Positions 28,201 through 41,000 of a DNA stretch of 64,000 bases are shown here, piece after piece. The position numbers and the translations under genes are program-made. The stretch lies in assembly GCF_009914755.1 (NCBI RefSeq), contig NC_060933.1, one strand, 5' to 3'. The stretch is from the human T2T-CHM13v2.0 reference genome, Homo sapiens. The notes under the pieces are model-generated. The model was not told the origin of the DNA, ran no database searches, and saw nothing but the letters and a program-made list of their open reading frames with translations. Within the stretch, counting starts at the first letter, position 1, and each line of letters starts with the position of its first letter.

Positions 28201-30409
28201 ATTGCAATCGAGTTGAATCCATTGCATTCCATTCCATTCCATTCCGGAAGATTCCATTCCATTGCATTCCATTCCATTCCATTCCATTCCATTCCATTCC
28301 ATTCCATTCCATTCCATTCCATTGTACTCGGATTGATTCCATTCCATTGCATTCCATTCCATTCCATTCCATTCCATTCCATTCCATTCCGTTCCATTCC
28401 ATTCCATTACATTCGGATTGATTCTTTTCAACTCCCTTACTCTCCATTACATTCCATTCCATTCGGGTTGTTCCATTCCATTCCATTCCATTCCACTCCA
28501 TTCCATTGCACTCGGGTTGATTCCATTGCATTCCATTCCATTCCATTCCGGATGATTCCATTCCATTGCCTTCCGTTCCATTACATTCCCCTGCACTCGG
28601 GTTGATTCCATTCCATTCCATTCCATTCCATTCGATTCCATTCCATTCCCCTGCACTCGCGTTGATTCCATTCCATTCCATTCCATTCCTTTCCATTCCA
28701 GTCTTTTCCATTCCATTCCACTCGGGTTGATTGCATTCTATTAGTTTCCATTCCATTCCATTCCCTTCCATTCCACTCTGGTTGATTCCATTCCTTTCCA
28801 TTCCACTCGAATACATTCCCTCCTATTCCACTCGGAACGATTCCATTCCATTCCATTCCATTCCATTCCATTCCATTCCATTCCATTTCGTTCCATTCCA
28901 TTCTATTCCGTATCATTCCATTCCATTCCATTCCATTCCATTCCATTCCATTCCTCTCGCGTTGATTCCAATCCTTTCCATTCCATTCGGTTTGAAGGCA
29001 TTCCATTCCATTCCATTCCATTCCATTCCATTCCATTGTACTCGGGATGATTCCATTTCATTGCATTCCATTCCATTCCATTCCATTCCATTCCATTCCA
29101 TTCCATTCCGTTGCATTCCATTCCATTACATTCGGATTGATTCTATTCAACTCCCTTACTCTCCATTACGTTCCATTCCATTTGGGTTGTTCCATTCCTT
29201 TCCATTCCATTCCACTCCATTCCATTGTACTCGGGTTGATTCCATTCCATTCCATTCCATTCCATTCCGGATGATTACATTCCATTGCATTCCGTTCCAT
29301 TACATTCCCCTGCACTCGCGTTGATTCCATTCCATTCCATTCCATTCCATTCAATTCCATTCCATTACAATTCGTTCCATTCCATTCTATTCCGTACCAT
29401 TCCATTCCATTCCATACCATTCCATTCCATTCCATTCCATTCCATTCCATTCCATTCCGTTCCATTCCGTTCCATTCCATTCCATTCCATTCTATTCGGG
29501 TTAATTCCATTCCATTCCATTCCATTCCATTCCATTCCATTCCATTCCATTCTATTCCATTCCATTGCAGTCGAGTTGAATCAATTGCATTTCATTCCAT
29601 TCCATTCCATTCCATTCCATTCCGGAAGAGATTATTCCATTCCATTGCATTCCATTCCATTCCATTCCCCTGCACTCGCGTTCATTCCATTCCATTCCAT
29701 TCCATTCCATTCCATCCATTCCGTTCCGTTCCGTTCCATTCCATTCCATTCCATTCCGTTCCGTTCCATTCCATTCCATTCCATTCTATTCGGGTTAATT
29801 CCATTCCATTCCATTCGATTGCAATCGAGTTGATTCCATTCCATTCCATTCCATTCCATTCCATTCTTTCCAATCCATTACGGATGATTCCATTCCATTG
29901 CATTCCATTCCATTCCATTCCCCTGTACTCGGGTTGATTCCATTCCATTCCATTCCAATCCATGCCATTCCACTCGTGTTGATTCCATTCTTTCCATTCC
30001 ATTCAAGTTGAGTCCATTCCATTGCATTCCATTCCATTCGATTCCATTCGATTGCACTCGGGTTGATTCCATTCCATTGCATTGCATTCCATTCCATTCC
30101 ATTCCATTCCATTCCATTCCGTTCCATTCCATTCCATTACATTCGGATTGATTCTATTCAATTCCCTTACACTCCATTACATTCCATTCCATTCGGGTAT
30201 TTTCCATTCCATTCCATTCCATTCCCCTCCATTCCATTCCCTTCCATTCCATTCCATTACATTCGGATTGATTCTATTCAACTCCCTTACTCTCCATTAC
30301 ATTCGATTCCATTCGAGTTGTTCCATTCCATTCCATTCCATTCCACTCCATTCCATTGCACTCGGGTTTATTCCATTCCATTCCATTCCATTCCATTCCA
30401 TTCCATTCC

Positions 30410-30424
30410 ATTCCGGAAGATTCC
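30410..30424. promoter_or_regulatory. Perfect trimeric heat-shock element motif (nearest copy left of the breakpoint)
   Basis: aTTCc-gGAAg-aTTCc matches nTTCnnGAAnnTTCn. This is a motif match only; binding is not shown. Confidence 0.55.
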
Positions 30425-31987
30425 ATTCCATTGCATTCCATTCCATTCCATTCCCCTTCACTCGCGTTGATTCCATTCCATTCCGTTCCATTCCATTCCA
30501 TTCCATTCCATTCCATTCCTTTCCATTCCATTCCATTCCATTCCATTCCAATCCATTCCATTCCGTTCCTTTCCGTTCCATTCCATTCCATTCCATTCTA
30601 TTCGGGTTAATTCCATTCCATTCCATTCGATTGCAATCGAGTTGATTCCAATCCATTCTATTCCATTCCATTCCATTCCTTTCCATTCCATTACGGATGA
30701 TTCCATTCCATTGCATTCCATTCCATTCCATTCCCCTGTACTCGGGTTGATTCCATTCCATTCCATTCCAATCCATGCCATTCCACTCGTGTTGATTCCA
30801 TTCTTTCCATTCCATTCAAGTTGAATCCATTCCATTGCATTCCATTCCATTCCATTACCCTGCAGTCGGGTTGATTCCATTCCATTCCATTCCATTCCAT
30901 TGCATTCCATTCCATTCCATTCCGTTCCGTTCCATTCCATTCCATTCCATTCTATTCGGGTTAATTCCATTCCATTCCATTCCATTGCATTCCATTCCAA
31001 TCGAGTTGATTCCATTCCATTCCATTCCATTCCATTCCACTCCATTCCAGTCCTTTCCATTCCATTCCACTCGCGTTGATTCCAATGTATTCCTTTCCAT
31101 TCCATTCCATTCCATTGCAATCGAGTTGATTCCATTGCTTTGCATTCCATTCCATTCCATTCCATTCCGGATGATTCCATTCCATTGCATTCCATTCCAT
31201 TCCATTCCCCTGCACTCGGGTTGATTCCATTCAATTCCACTCCATTCCGTTCCATTCCATTCCATTCCATTGTATTCGGGTTAATTCCATTCCATTCCAT
31301 TCCATTCCATTCCATTCCATTCCATTACAATCGAGTTGATTCCATTCCAATCCATTCCATTCCAGTCCTTTCCATTCCATTCCACTCGGGTTGATTCCAT
31401 TCTATTAGTTTCCATTCCAATCCATTCCCTTCCATTCCACTCTGGTTGATACCACTCCTTTCCATTCCACTCGAACACATTCCCTCCTATTCCACTCGGA
31501 ACGATTCCATTCCATTCCATTCCATTCCATTCCATTCCATTCCATTCCATTCCATTTCGTTCCATTCCATTCCATTTCGTTCCATTCCATTCTATTCCGT
31601 ATCTTTCCATTCCATTCCATTCCATTCCATTCCATTCCATTGTACTCGGGTTGATTCAATTCCATTGCATTCCATTCCATTCCATTCCATTCCATTCCGT
31701 TGCATTCCATTCCATTACATTCGGATTGATTCTATTCAACTCCCTTACTCTCCATTACATTCCACTCCATTCGGGTTGTTCCATTCCATTCCATTCCATT
31801 CCACTCCATTCCATTGCACTTGGGTTGATTCTATTCCATTGCATTCCATGCCATTCCATTCCATTCCGGATGATTCCATTCCATTGCATTCCGTTCCATT
31901 ACATTCCCCTGCACTCGCGTTGATTCCATTCCATTCCATTCAATTCCATTCCATTACAATTCGTTCCATTCCATTCTATTCCGTACC

Positions 31988-32091
31988 ATTCCATTCCATT
32001 CCATACCATTCCTTTCCATTCCATTCCATTCCGAATGGAATGGAATGGAATGGAATGGAATGGAAAGGAATGGTATGGAATGGAATGGAAT
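31988..32091. repeat. Perfect 45-bp inverted repeat (31988-32032 / 32047-32091) with 14-nt loop
   Basis: The reverse complement of 31988-32032 is ggaatggaatggaatggaaaggaatggtatggaatggaatggaat, identical to 32047-32091. It includes two non-consensus pentamers (GAAAG, GTATG) at identical spacing. Confidence 0.9.
32021..32045. other. Strand-inversion breakpoint inside the satellite array
   Basis: The sequence reads ...ccattccattcc|gaatggaatgg... with the switch between 32032 and 32033 and no inserted foreign bases. It is the only orientation switch seen in the window. Confidence 0.97.
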
Positions 32092-32286
32092 CAACTCGAT
32101 TGCAATCGAATGGAATGGAATGGAATTAACCTGAATAGAATGGAATGGAATGGAATGGAACGGAACGGAATCGAATGGAATGGAATGGAATGGAACGGAA
32201 AGGAAGGGAATGGAATGGAATAGAATGGAATGGAATGGAATCAACGCGAGTGCAGGGGAATGGAATGGAATGGATTGCAATGGAAT

Positions 32287-32301
32287 GGAATCTTCCGGAA
32301 T
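32287..32301. promoter_or_regulatory. Perfect trimeric heat-shock element motif (nearest copy right of the breakpoint)
   Basis: gGAAt-cTTCc-gGAAt matches nGAAnnTTCnnGAAn. A second copy lies at 32891-32905. Motif match only. Confidence 0.55.
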
Positions 32302-34334
32302 GGAATGGAATGGAATGGAATGGAATGGAATGGAATGGAATGGAATCAACTCGAGTGCAATGGAATGGAGTGGAATGGAATGGAATGGAATGGAACAACC
32401 CAGATGGAATGGAATGTAATGGAGAGTAAGGGAGTTGAATAGAATCAATCCGAATGTAATGGAATGGAATGGAAAGGAATGGAATGGAATGGAATGCAAT
32501 GGAATGGAATCAACCCGAGTACAATGGAATGGAATGGAATGGAACGGAATGGAATGGAATGGAATGGAATCAACCCGAGTACACGGGAATGGAATGGAAT
32601 GGAATGCAATGGAATGGAATCATCCGTAATGGAATGGAAAGGAATGGAATGGAATGGAATGGAATGGAATGGAATGGAATGGAATCAACTCGACTGCAAT
32701 CGAATGGAATGGAATGGAATTAACCCGAATAGAATGGAATGGAATGGAATGGAACGGAACGGAACGGAATGGAATGGAATGGAATGGAATGGAATGGAAC
32801 GGAACGGAACGGAGTGGAATGGAATGGAATGGAATGGAATGGAATCAACGCGAGTGCAGGGGAATGGAATGGAATGGAATGCAATGGAATGGAATCTTCC
32901 GGAATGGAATGGAATGGAATGGAATGGAAGGAAATGCAATGGATTCAACTCGATTGCAATGGAATGGAAAAGAATGGAATGGAATGGAATGGAATGGAAT
33001 TAATCCGAATGGAATGGAATGGAACGGAATGGAACGGAATGGAATGGAATGGAATGGTATGGAATGGAATGGAATGGTACGGAATATAATGGAATGGAAC
33101 GAATTGTAATGGAATGGAATTGAATGGAATGGAATGGAATGGAATGGAATCAACGCGAGTGCCGGGGAATGTAATGGAACGGAATGCAATGGAATGGAAT
33201 CATCCGGAATGGAATGGAATGGAATGGAATGGAATGGAATGGAATGGAATGGAATCAACCCGAGTGCAATGGAATGGAGTGGAAAGGAATGGAATGGAAT
33301 GGAACAACCCGAATGCAATGGAATGTAATGGAGAGTAAGGGAGTTGAATAGAATCAATCCGAATGTAATGGAATGGAATGCAACGGAATGGAATGGAATG
33401 GAATGGAATGGAATGCAATGGAATGGAATGCAATGGAATTGAATCAACCCGAGTACAATGGAATGGAATGGAATGGAATGGAATGGAATGGAATGGAATG
33501 GAATGATACGGAATAGAATGGAATGGAACGAAATGGAATGGAATGGAATGGAATGGAATGGAATGGAATGGAATGGAATGGAATGGAATCGTTCCGATTG
33601 GAATAGGAGGGAATGTATTCGAGTGGAATGGAAAGGAATGGTATCAACCAGAGTGGAATGGAAGGGAATGGAATGGAAAGGAAATTAATAGAGTGGAATC
33701 AACCCGAGTGGAATGGAATGGAAAGGACTGGAATGGAATGGAATGGAATGGAATCAACTCGATTGTAATGGAATGGAATGGAATGGAATGGAATGGAATG
33801 GAATTAACCCGAATACAATGGAATGGAATGGAACGGAACGGAATGGAGTGGAATGGAATGGAATCAACCCGAGTGCAGGGGAATGGAATGGAATGCAATG
33901 CAATGGAATGGAATCATCCGGAATGGAATGGAATGGAATGGAATGGAATGCAAAGCAATGGAATCAACTCGATTGCAATGGAATGGAATGGAATGGAAAG
34001 GAATACATTGGAATCAACCCGAGTTGAATGGAATCGAAAGGACTGGAATGAGTGGAATGGAATGGAATGGAATGGAATGGAATCAATTCGATTGGAATGG
34101 AATGGAATGGAATGGAATGGAATGGAATGGAATTAACCCGAATGGAATGGAATGGAATGGAATGGAACGGAACGGAATGGAATGGAATGGAATGGAATGG
34201 AACGGAATGGAATGGAATCAACCCGACTGCAGGGGAATGGAACGGAATGGAATGCAATGGAATGGATTCAACTTGAATGGAATGGAAAGAATGGAATCAA
34301 CACGTGTGGAATGGCATGGATTGGAATGGAATGG

Positions 34335-37300
34335 AATGGAATCAACCCGAGTACAGGGGAATGGAATGGAATTGAATGCAATGGAATGGAATCATCAGTA
34401 ATGGAATGGAATGGAAAGGAATGGAATGGAATGGAATGGAATGGAATAGAATGGAATGGAATCAACTCGATTGCAATCGAATGGAATGGAATGGAATTAA
34501 CCTGAATAGAATGGAATAGACTGGAATGGAACGGAACGGAACGGAATGGAATGGATTGGAATGGAATGGAATGGAATGGAACGGAAAGGAATGGAATGGA
34601 ATGGAATGGAATGGAATGGAATGGAATGGAATGGAATCAACGCGAGTGCAGGGGAATGGAATGGAATGGAATGCAATGGAATGGAATCTTCCGGAATGGA
34701 ATGGAATGGAATGGAATGGAATGGAATGGAATAAACCTGAGTGCAATGTAATGGAGTGGAATGGAATGGAATGGAATGGAACAACCCGAATGGAATGGAA
34801 TGTAATGGAGAGTAAGGGAGTTGAATAGAATCAATCCGAATGTAATGGAATGGAATGGAACGGAATGGAATTGAATGGAATGGAATGGAATGCAATGGAA
34901 TGGAATCAACCCGAGTGCAATGGAATGGAGAGGAATGGAATGGAATGGAATGGAAACTACCCGAAAGGAATGGAATATAATGGAGTGTAAGGCAATTGAA
35001 TAGAATAAATCCGAATGTAATGGAATGGAATGGAACGGAATGGAATGGAATGGAATGGAATGGAATGGAATCAACCCGAGTGCAATGGAATGGAATCAAA
35101 TGGAATGGAATGGATTCAACCCGAATGGAATGGAAAGGTATAGAATCAACCCGAGTGGAACGGCATGGAATGGAATGGAATGGAATGGAATGGAATGGAA
35201 CGGAACGGAACGGAATGGAATGGAATGGAATGGAACGGAACGGAACGGAATGGAATGGAATGGAATGGAATGGAATGGAATGGAATCAACGCGAGTGCAG
35301 GGGAATGGAATGAAATGGAATGCAATGGAATGGAATCTTCCGGAATGCAATGGAATGGAATGGAATGGAATGAAATTCAATCGATTCAACTCGATTGCAA
35401 TGGAATGGAATAGAATGGAATGGAATGGAATGGAATGGAATTAATCCGAATAGAATGGAATGGAATGGAATGGAACGGAATGGAACGGAATGGAATGGAA
35501 TGGAATGGAATGGTATGGAATGGAATGGAATGGTACGGAATAGAATGGAATGGAACGAATTGTAATGGAATGGAATTGAATGGAATGGAATGGAATGGAA
35601 TGGAATCAACGCGAGTGCAGGGGGATGTAATGGAACGGAATGCAATGGAATGGAATCATCCGGAATGGAATGGAATGGAATGCAATGGAATGGAATCAAC
35701 CCGAGTACAATGGAATGGAGTGGAATGGAATGGAATGGAATGGAATCAACCGGAATGGAATGGAATGGAATGGAATGGAATGGAATCAACCCGAGTGCAA
35801 TGGAATGCAGAGGAATGGAATGGAATGGAATGGAAACTACCCGAATGGAATGTAATGTAATGGAGTGTAAGGGAATTGAATAGAATGAATCCGAATGGAA
35901 TGTAAAGGAATGGAAAGGAATGGAATGGAATGGAATGGAATGGAATGGAATGGAATGCAATGCCATGGAATCAACACGAGTGCAATCGAATGGAATCGAA
36001 TGGAATGGGATGTAATGGAATGGATTCATCTTGAATGGAATGGAAAGAACGGAATCAACACGAGTGGAATGGCATGGATTGGAATGGAATGGATTGGAAT
36101 CAACCCGAGTACAGGGGAATGGCATGGAATGGAATGAAATGGAATCGAATCATCCGTAACGTAATGGAAAGGAATGGAATGGAATGGAATGGAATGGAAG
36201 GGAATGGAATCAACCCGAGTACAGGGGAATGGAATGGAATTGAATGCAATGGAATGGAATCATCAGTAATGGAATGGAATGGAAAGGAATGGAATGGAAT
36301 GGAATGGAATGGAATAGAATGGAATGGAATCAACTCGATTGCAATCGAATGGAATGGAATGGAATTAACCCGAATAGAATGGAATAGACTGGAATGGAAC
36401 GGAACGGAACGGAATGGAATGGATTGGAATGGAATGGAATGGAATGGAACGGAAAGGAATGGAATGGAATGGAATGGAATGGAATGGAATGGAATGGAAT
36501 GGAATGGAATCAACGCGAGTGCAGGGGAATGGAATGGAATGGAATGCAATGGAATGGAATCTTCCGGAATGGAATGGAATGGAATGGAATGGAATGGAAT
36601 GGAATAAACCTGAGTGCAATGTAATGGAGTGGAATGGAATGGAATGGAATGGAACAACCCGAATGGAATGGAATGTAATGGAGAGTAAGGGAGTTGAATA
36701 GAATCAATCCGAATGTAATGGAATGGAATGGAACGGAATGGAATTGAATGGAATGGAATGGAATGCAATGGAATGGAATCAACCCGAGTGCAATGGAATG
36801 GAGAGGAATGGAATGGAATGGAATGGAAACTACCCGAAAGGAATGGAATATAATGGAGTGTAAGGCAATTGAATAGAATAAATCCGAATGTAATGGAATG
36901 GAATGGAACGGAATGGAATGGAATGGAATGGAATGGAATGGAATCAACCCGAGTGCAATGGAATGGAATCAAATGGAATGGAATGGATTCAACCCGAATG
37001 GAATGGAAAGGTATAGAATCAACCCGAGTGGAATGGCATGGAATGGAATGGAATGGAATGGAATGGAATGGAACGGAACGGAACGGAACGGAATGGAATG
37101 GAATGGAATGGAACGGAACGGAACGGAATGGAATGGAATGGAATGGAATGGAATGGAATGGAATGGAATCAACGCGAGTGCAGGGGAATGGAATGAAATG
37201 GAATGCAATGGAATGGAATCTTCCGGAATGCAATGGAATGGAATGGAATGGAATGAAATTCAATCGATTCAACTCGATTGCAATGGAATGGAATAGAATG

Positions 37301-38085
37301 GAATGGAATGGAATGGAATGGAATTAATCCGAATAGAATGGAATGGAATGGAATGGAACGGAATGGAACGGAATGGAATGGAATGGAATGGAATGGTATG
37401 GAATGGAATGGAATGGTACGGAATAGAATGGAATGGAACGAATTGTAATGGAATGGAATTGAATGGAATGGAATGGAATGGAATGGAATCAACGCGAGTG
37501 CAGGGGGATGTAATGGAACGGAATGCAATGGAATGGAATCATCCGGAATGGAATGGAATGGAATGCAATGGAATGGAATCAACCCGAGTACAATGGAATG
37601 GAGTGGAATGGAATGGAATGGAATGGAATCAACCGGAATGGAATGGAATGGAATGGAATGGAATGGAATCAACCCGAGTGCAATGGAATGCAGAGGAATG
37701 GAATGGAATGGAACGGAAACTACCCGAATGGAATGTAATGTAATGGAGTGTAAGGGAATTGAATAGAATGAATCCGAATGGAATGTAAAGGAATGGAAAG
37801 GAATGGAATGGAATGGAATGGAATGGAATGGAATGGAATGCAATGCCATGGAATCAACACGAGTGCAATCGAATGGAATCGAATGGAATGGGATGTAATG
37901 GAATGGATTCATCTTGAATGGAATGGAAAGAACGGAATCAACACGAGTGGAATGGCATGGATTGGAATGGAATGGATTGGAATCAACCCGAGTACAGGGG
38001 AATGGCATGGAATGGAATGAAATGGAATCGAATCATCCGTAACGTAATGGAAAGGAATGGAAAGGAATGGAATGGAATGGAATGG
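34335..38085. repeat. Recent tandem duplication, 2 x ~1.87-1.88 kb (~34335-36200 and ~36205-38085)
   Basis: ORF pairs at offsets 1873 (34637/36510) and 1883 (35286/37169, 35895/37778). Shared rare variants include catcagtaa, taaggcaattg, ggaaaggtataga, gaaattcaatcgattc and catccgtaac. Confidence 0.92.
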
Positions 38086-41000
38086 AATGGAATGGAATGG
38101 AATGGAATGGAATGGAATCAACTCGATTGCAATCGAATGGAATGGAATGGAATTAACCCGAATAGAATGTAATGGAATGGAATGGAATGGAACGGAACGG
38201 AATGGAGTGGAATGGAATGGAATGGAAAGGAATGGAACGGAACGGAACGGAACGGAACGGAATGGAATGGAATGGAATGGAATGGAATCAACGCGAGTGC
38301 AGGGGAATGGAATGGAATGGAATGCAATGGAATGGAATCTTCCGGAATGGAATGGAATGGAATGGAATAGAATGGAATGGAATGGAATGGAATGGAATGG
38401 AATCAACCCGAGTACAAGGGAATGGAATGGAATGTAATGCAATGGAATGGAATCATCCGTAATGGAATGGAAAGGAATGGAATGGAATGGAATGGAATGG
38501 AATGGAATTAACTCGATTGCAATCGAATGGAATGGAATGGAATTAACCCAAATAGAAAGGAATGGAATGGAACGGAACGGAACGGAACGGAATGGAATGG
38601 AATGGAATGGAATGGAATGGAACGGAATGGAACGGAACGGAATGGAATGGAATGGAATGGAATGGAATCAACCCGAGTGCAGGGGAATGGAATGGAATGG
38701 ATTGCAATGGAATGGAATCTTCCGGAATGGAATGGAATGGAATGCAATGGATTCAACTCGATTGCAATGGAATGGAATAGAATGGAATGGAATGGAATGG
38801 AATGGAATTAACCCGAATAGAATGGAATGGAATGGAATGGAACGGAATGGAATGGAATGGTATGGAATGGAATGGAATGGAATGGAATGGTATGGAATGG
38901 AATGGAATGGTACGGAATAGATTGGAATGGAACGAATTGGAATGGAATGGAATCGAATGGAATTGAATGGAATGGAATGGAATCAACCGGAGTGCAGGGG
39001 AATGTAATGGAACGGAATTCAATGGAATGGAATCATCCGGGATGGAATGGAATGGAATGGAATGGAATGGAATGGAATGGAATGCAATGGAATGGAATCA
39101 ACCCGAGTACAATGGAATGGAATGGAATGGAATGGAATGGAATGGAATGGAATGGAATGGAATGCAATGGAATGGAATGGAATCAACCCGAGTGCAATGG
39201 AATAGAGAGGAATGGAATGGAAAGGAATGGAAACTACCCGAATGGAATGGAATGTAATGGAGTGTAAGGGAATTGAATAAAATCAATCCGAATGGAATGG
39301 AATGGAATGGAACGGAATGTAATGTAATGGAATGGAATGGAATCAACCCGAGTGCAGGGGAATGGAATGGAATGGAATGCAATGGAATGGAATCATCCAG
39401 AATGGAATGGAATGGAATGGAATCAACTCCATTGCAATGGAATGGAATCGAATGGAATGGAATAGAAAGGAATGGAATTAACCCGAATAGAATGGAATGC
39501 AATCGAATGGAATGCAATGGAACCGAATGGAGGTGAATGGAATGGAATGGAATCAACCCGAGTACAGAGGAATGGAATGGAATGGAATGCAATGGAATGG
39601 AGTCATCCGTAATGGAATGGAATGGAATGGAATGGAATGGAATGGAATGGAATGGAATCAACTCGATGGCAATCGAATGGAATGGAATGGAATTAACCCG
39701 AATAGAATTGAATGGAATGGAATGGAACGGAACGGAATGGAATGGAATGGAATCGTTCCGAGTGGAATAGGAGGGAATGTATTCGAGTGGAATGGAAAGG
39801 AATGGAATCAACCAGAGTGGAATGGAAGGGAATGGAATGGAATGGAAACTAATAGAATGGAATCAACCCGAGTGGAATGGAATGGAAAGGACTGGAATGG
39901 AATGGAATGGAATGGAATGGAATGGAATCAACTCGATTGTAATGGAATGGAATGGAATGGAATGGAATGGAATGGAATGGAATTAACCCGAATACAATGG
40001 AATGGAATGGAATGGAACGGAATGGAGTGGAATGGAATGGAATCAACCCGAGTGCAGGAGAATGGAATGGAATGGAATGCAATGGAATGGAATCATCCGG
40101 AATGGAATGGAATGGAATGGAATCAACACGATTGCAATCGAATGGAATGGAATGGAATTAACCCGAATAGAATGGAATGGAATGGATTGGAACGGAACGG
40201 AATGGAATGGAATGGAATGGAATGGAATGGAACGGAACCGAACGGAATGGAATGGAATGGAATGGAATGGAATGGAATGGAATCAACGCGAGTGCAGGGG
40301 AATGGCATGGAACGGAATGCAATGGAATGGAATCTTCAGGAATGGAATGGAATGGAATGGAATGGAATGAAATGCAATGGATTCAACTCGATTGCAATGG
40401 AATGGATTAGAATGGAATGGAATGGAATGGAATGGGATTAACCCGAATAGAATGGAATGGAATGGAATGGAACGGAATGTAACGGAATGGAATGGAATGG
40501 AATGGAATGGAATGGAATGGAATGGTATGGAATGGAATGGAATGGTACGGAATAGAATGGAATGGAACGAATTGTAATGGAATGGAATTGAATGGAATGG
40601 AATGGAATGGAATGGAATCAATGCGAGTGAAGGGGAATGTAATGGAACGGAATGCAATGGAATGGAATCATCCGGAATGGAATGGAATGGAATGGAATGG
40701 AATGCAATCAACCCGAGTGCAATGGAATGGAGTGGAATGGAATGGAATGGAATGGAACAACCCGAATGCAATGGAATGTAATGGAGAGTAAGGGAGTTGA
40801 ATAGAATCAATCCGAATGTAATGGAATGGAATGCAACGGAATGGAATGGAATGGAATGGAATGGAATGGAAGGGAATGGAATGCAAAGGAATGGAATCAA
40901 CCCGAGTGGAATGGCATGGAATGGAATGCAATGGATTGGAATGGAATGGAATCAACTCGACAGAAAAGGAATGGAATAGAATGGAAAGGAATGGAATGAA

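Larger units (their letters stand above)
1..32032 (-). repeat. Satellite III (HSat3) array, left block: (CATTC)n on +, G-rich GGAAT strand running leftward
   Basis: Uninterrupted CATTC pentamer tracts separated by ACTCGGGTTG (reverse complement of CAACCCGAGT, the classical SatIII spacer) and related modules. Long pure pentamer runs fit HSat3 rather than HSat2, which is dominated by CATTCGATTC and short 23/26-bp units. The block runs off the left edge of the window. Confidence 0.97.

Noticed and set aside
32024-32040. New heat-shock element created by the junction itself
   Set aside because: TTC and GAA are separated by one base (TTCcGAA), whereas a canonical HSE needs two.
31446-32499. Chimeric ORFs crossing the junction (31446-32129 +, 31954-32499 -)
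   Set aside because: These are the same repeat artefact and merely report the strand switch.
32121-34510. Shared ttaacctgaatag variant at ~32126 and ~34497 suggesting the spacer was copied from 34.5 kb
   Set aside because: It is a single CpG-to-TpG change, which recurs easily, and the duplicate of the 34.5 kb segment at ~36365 lacks it.
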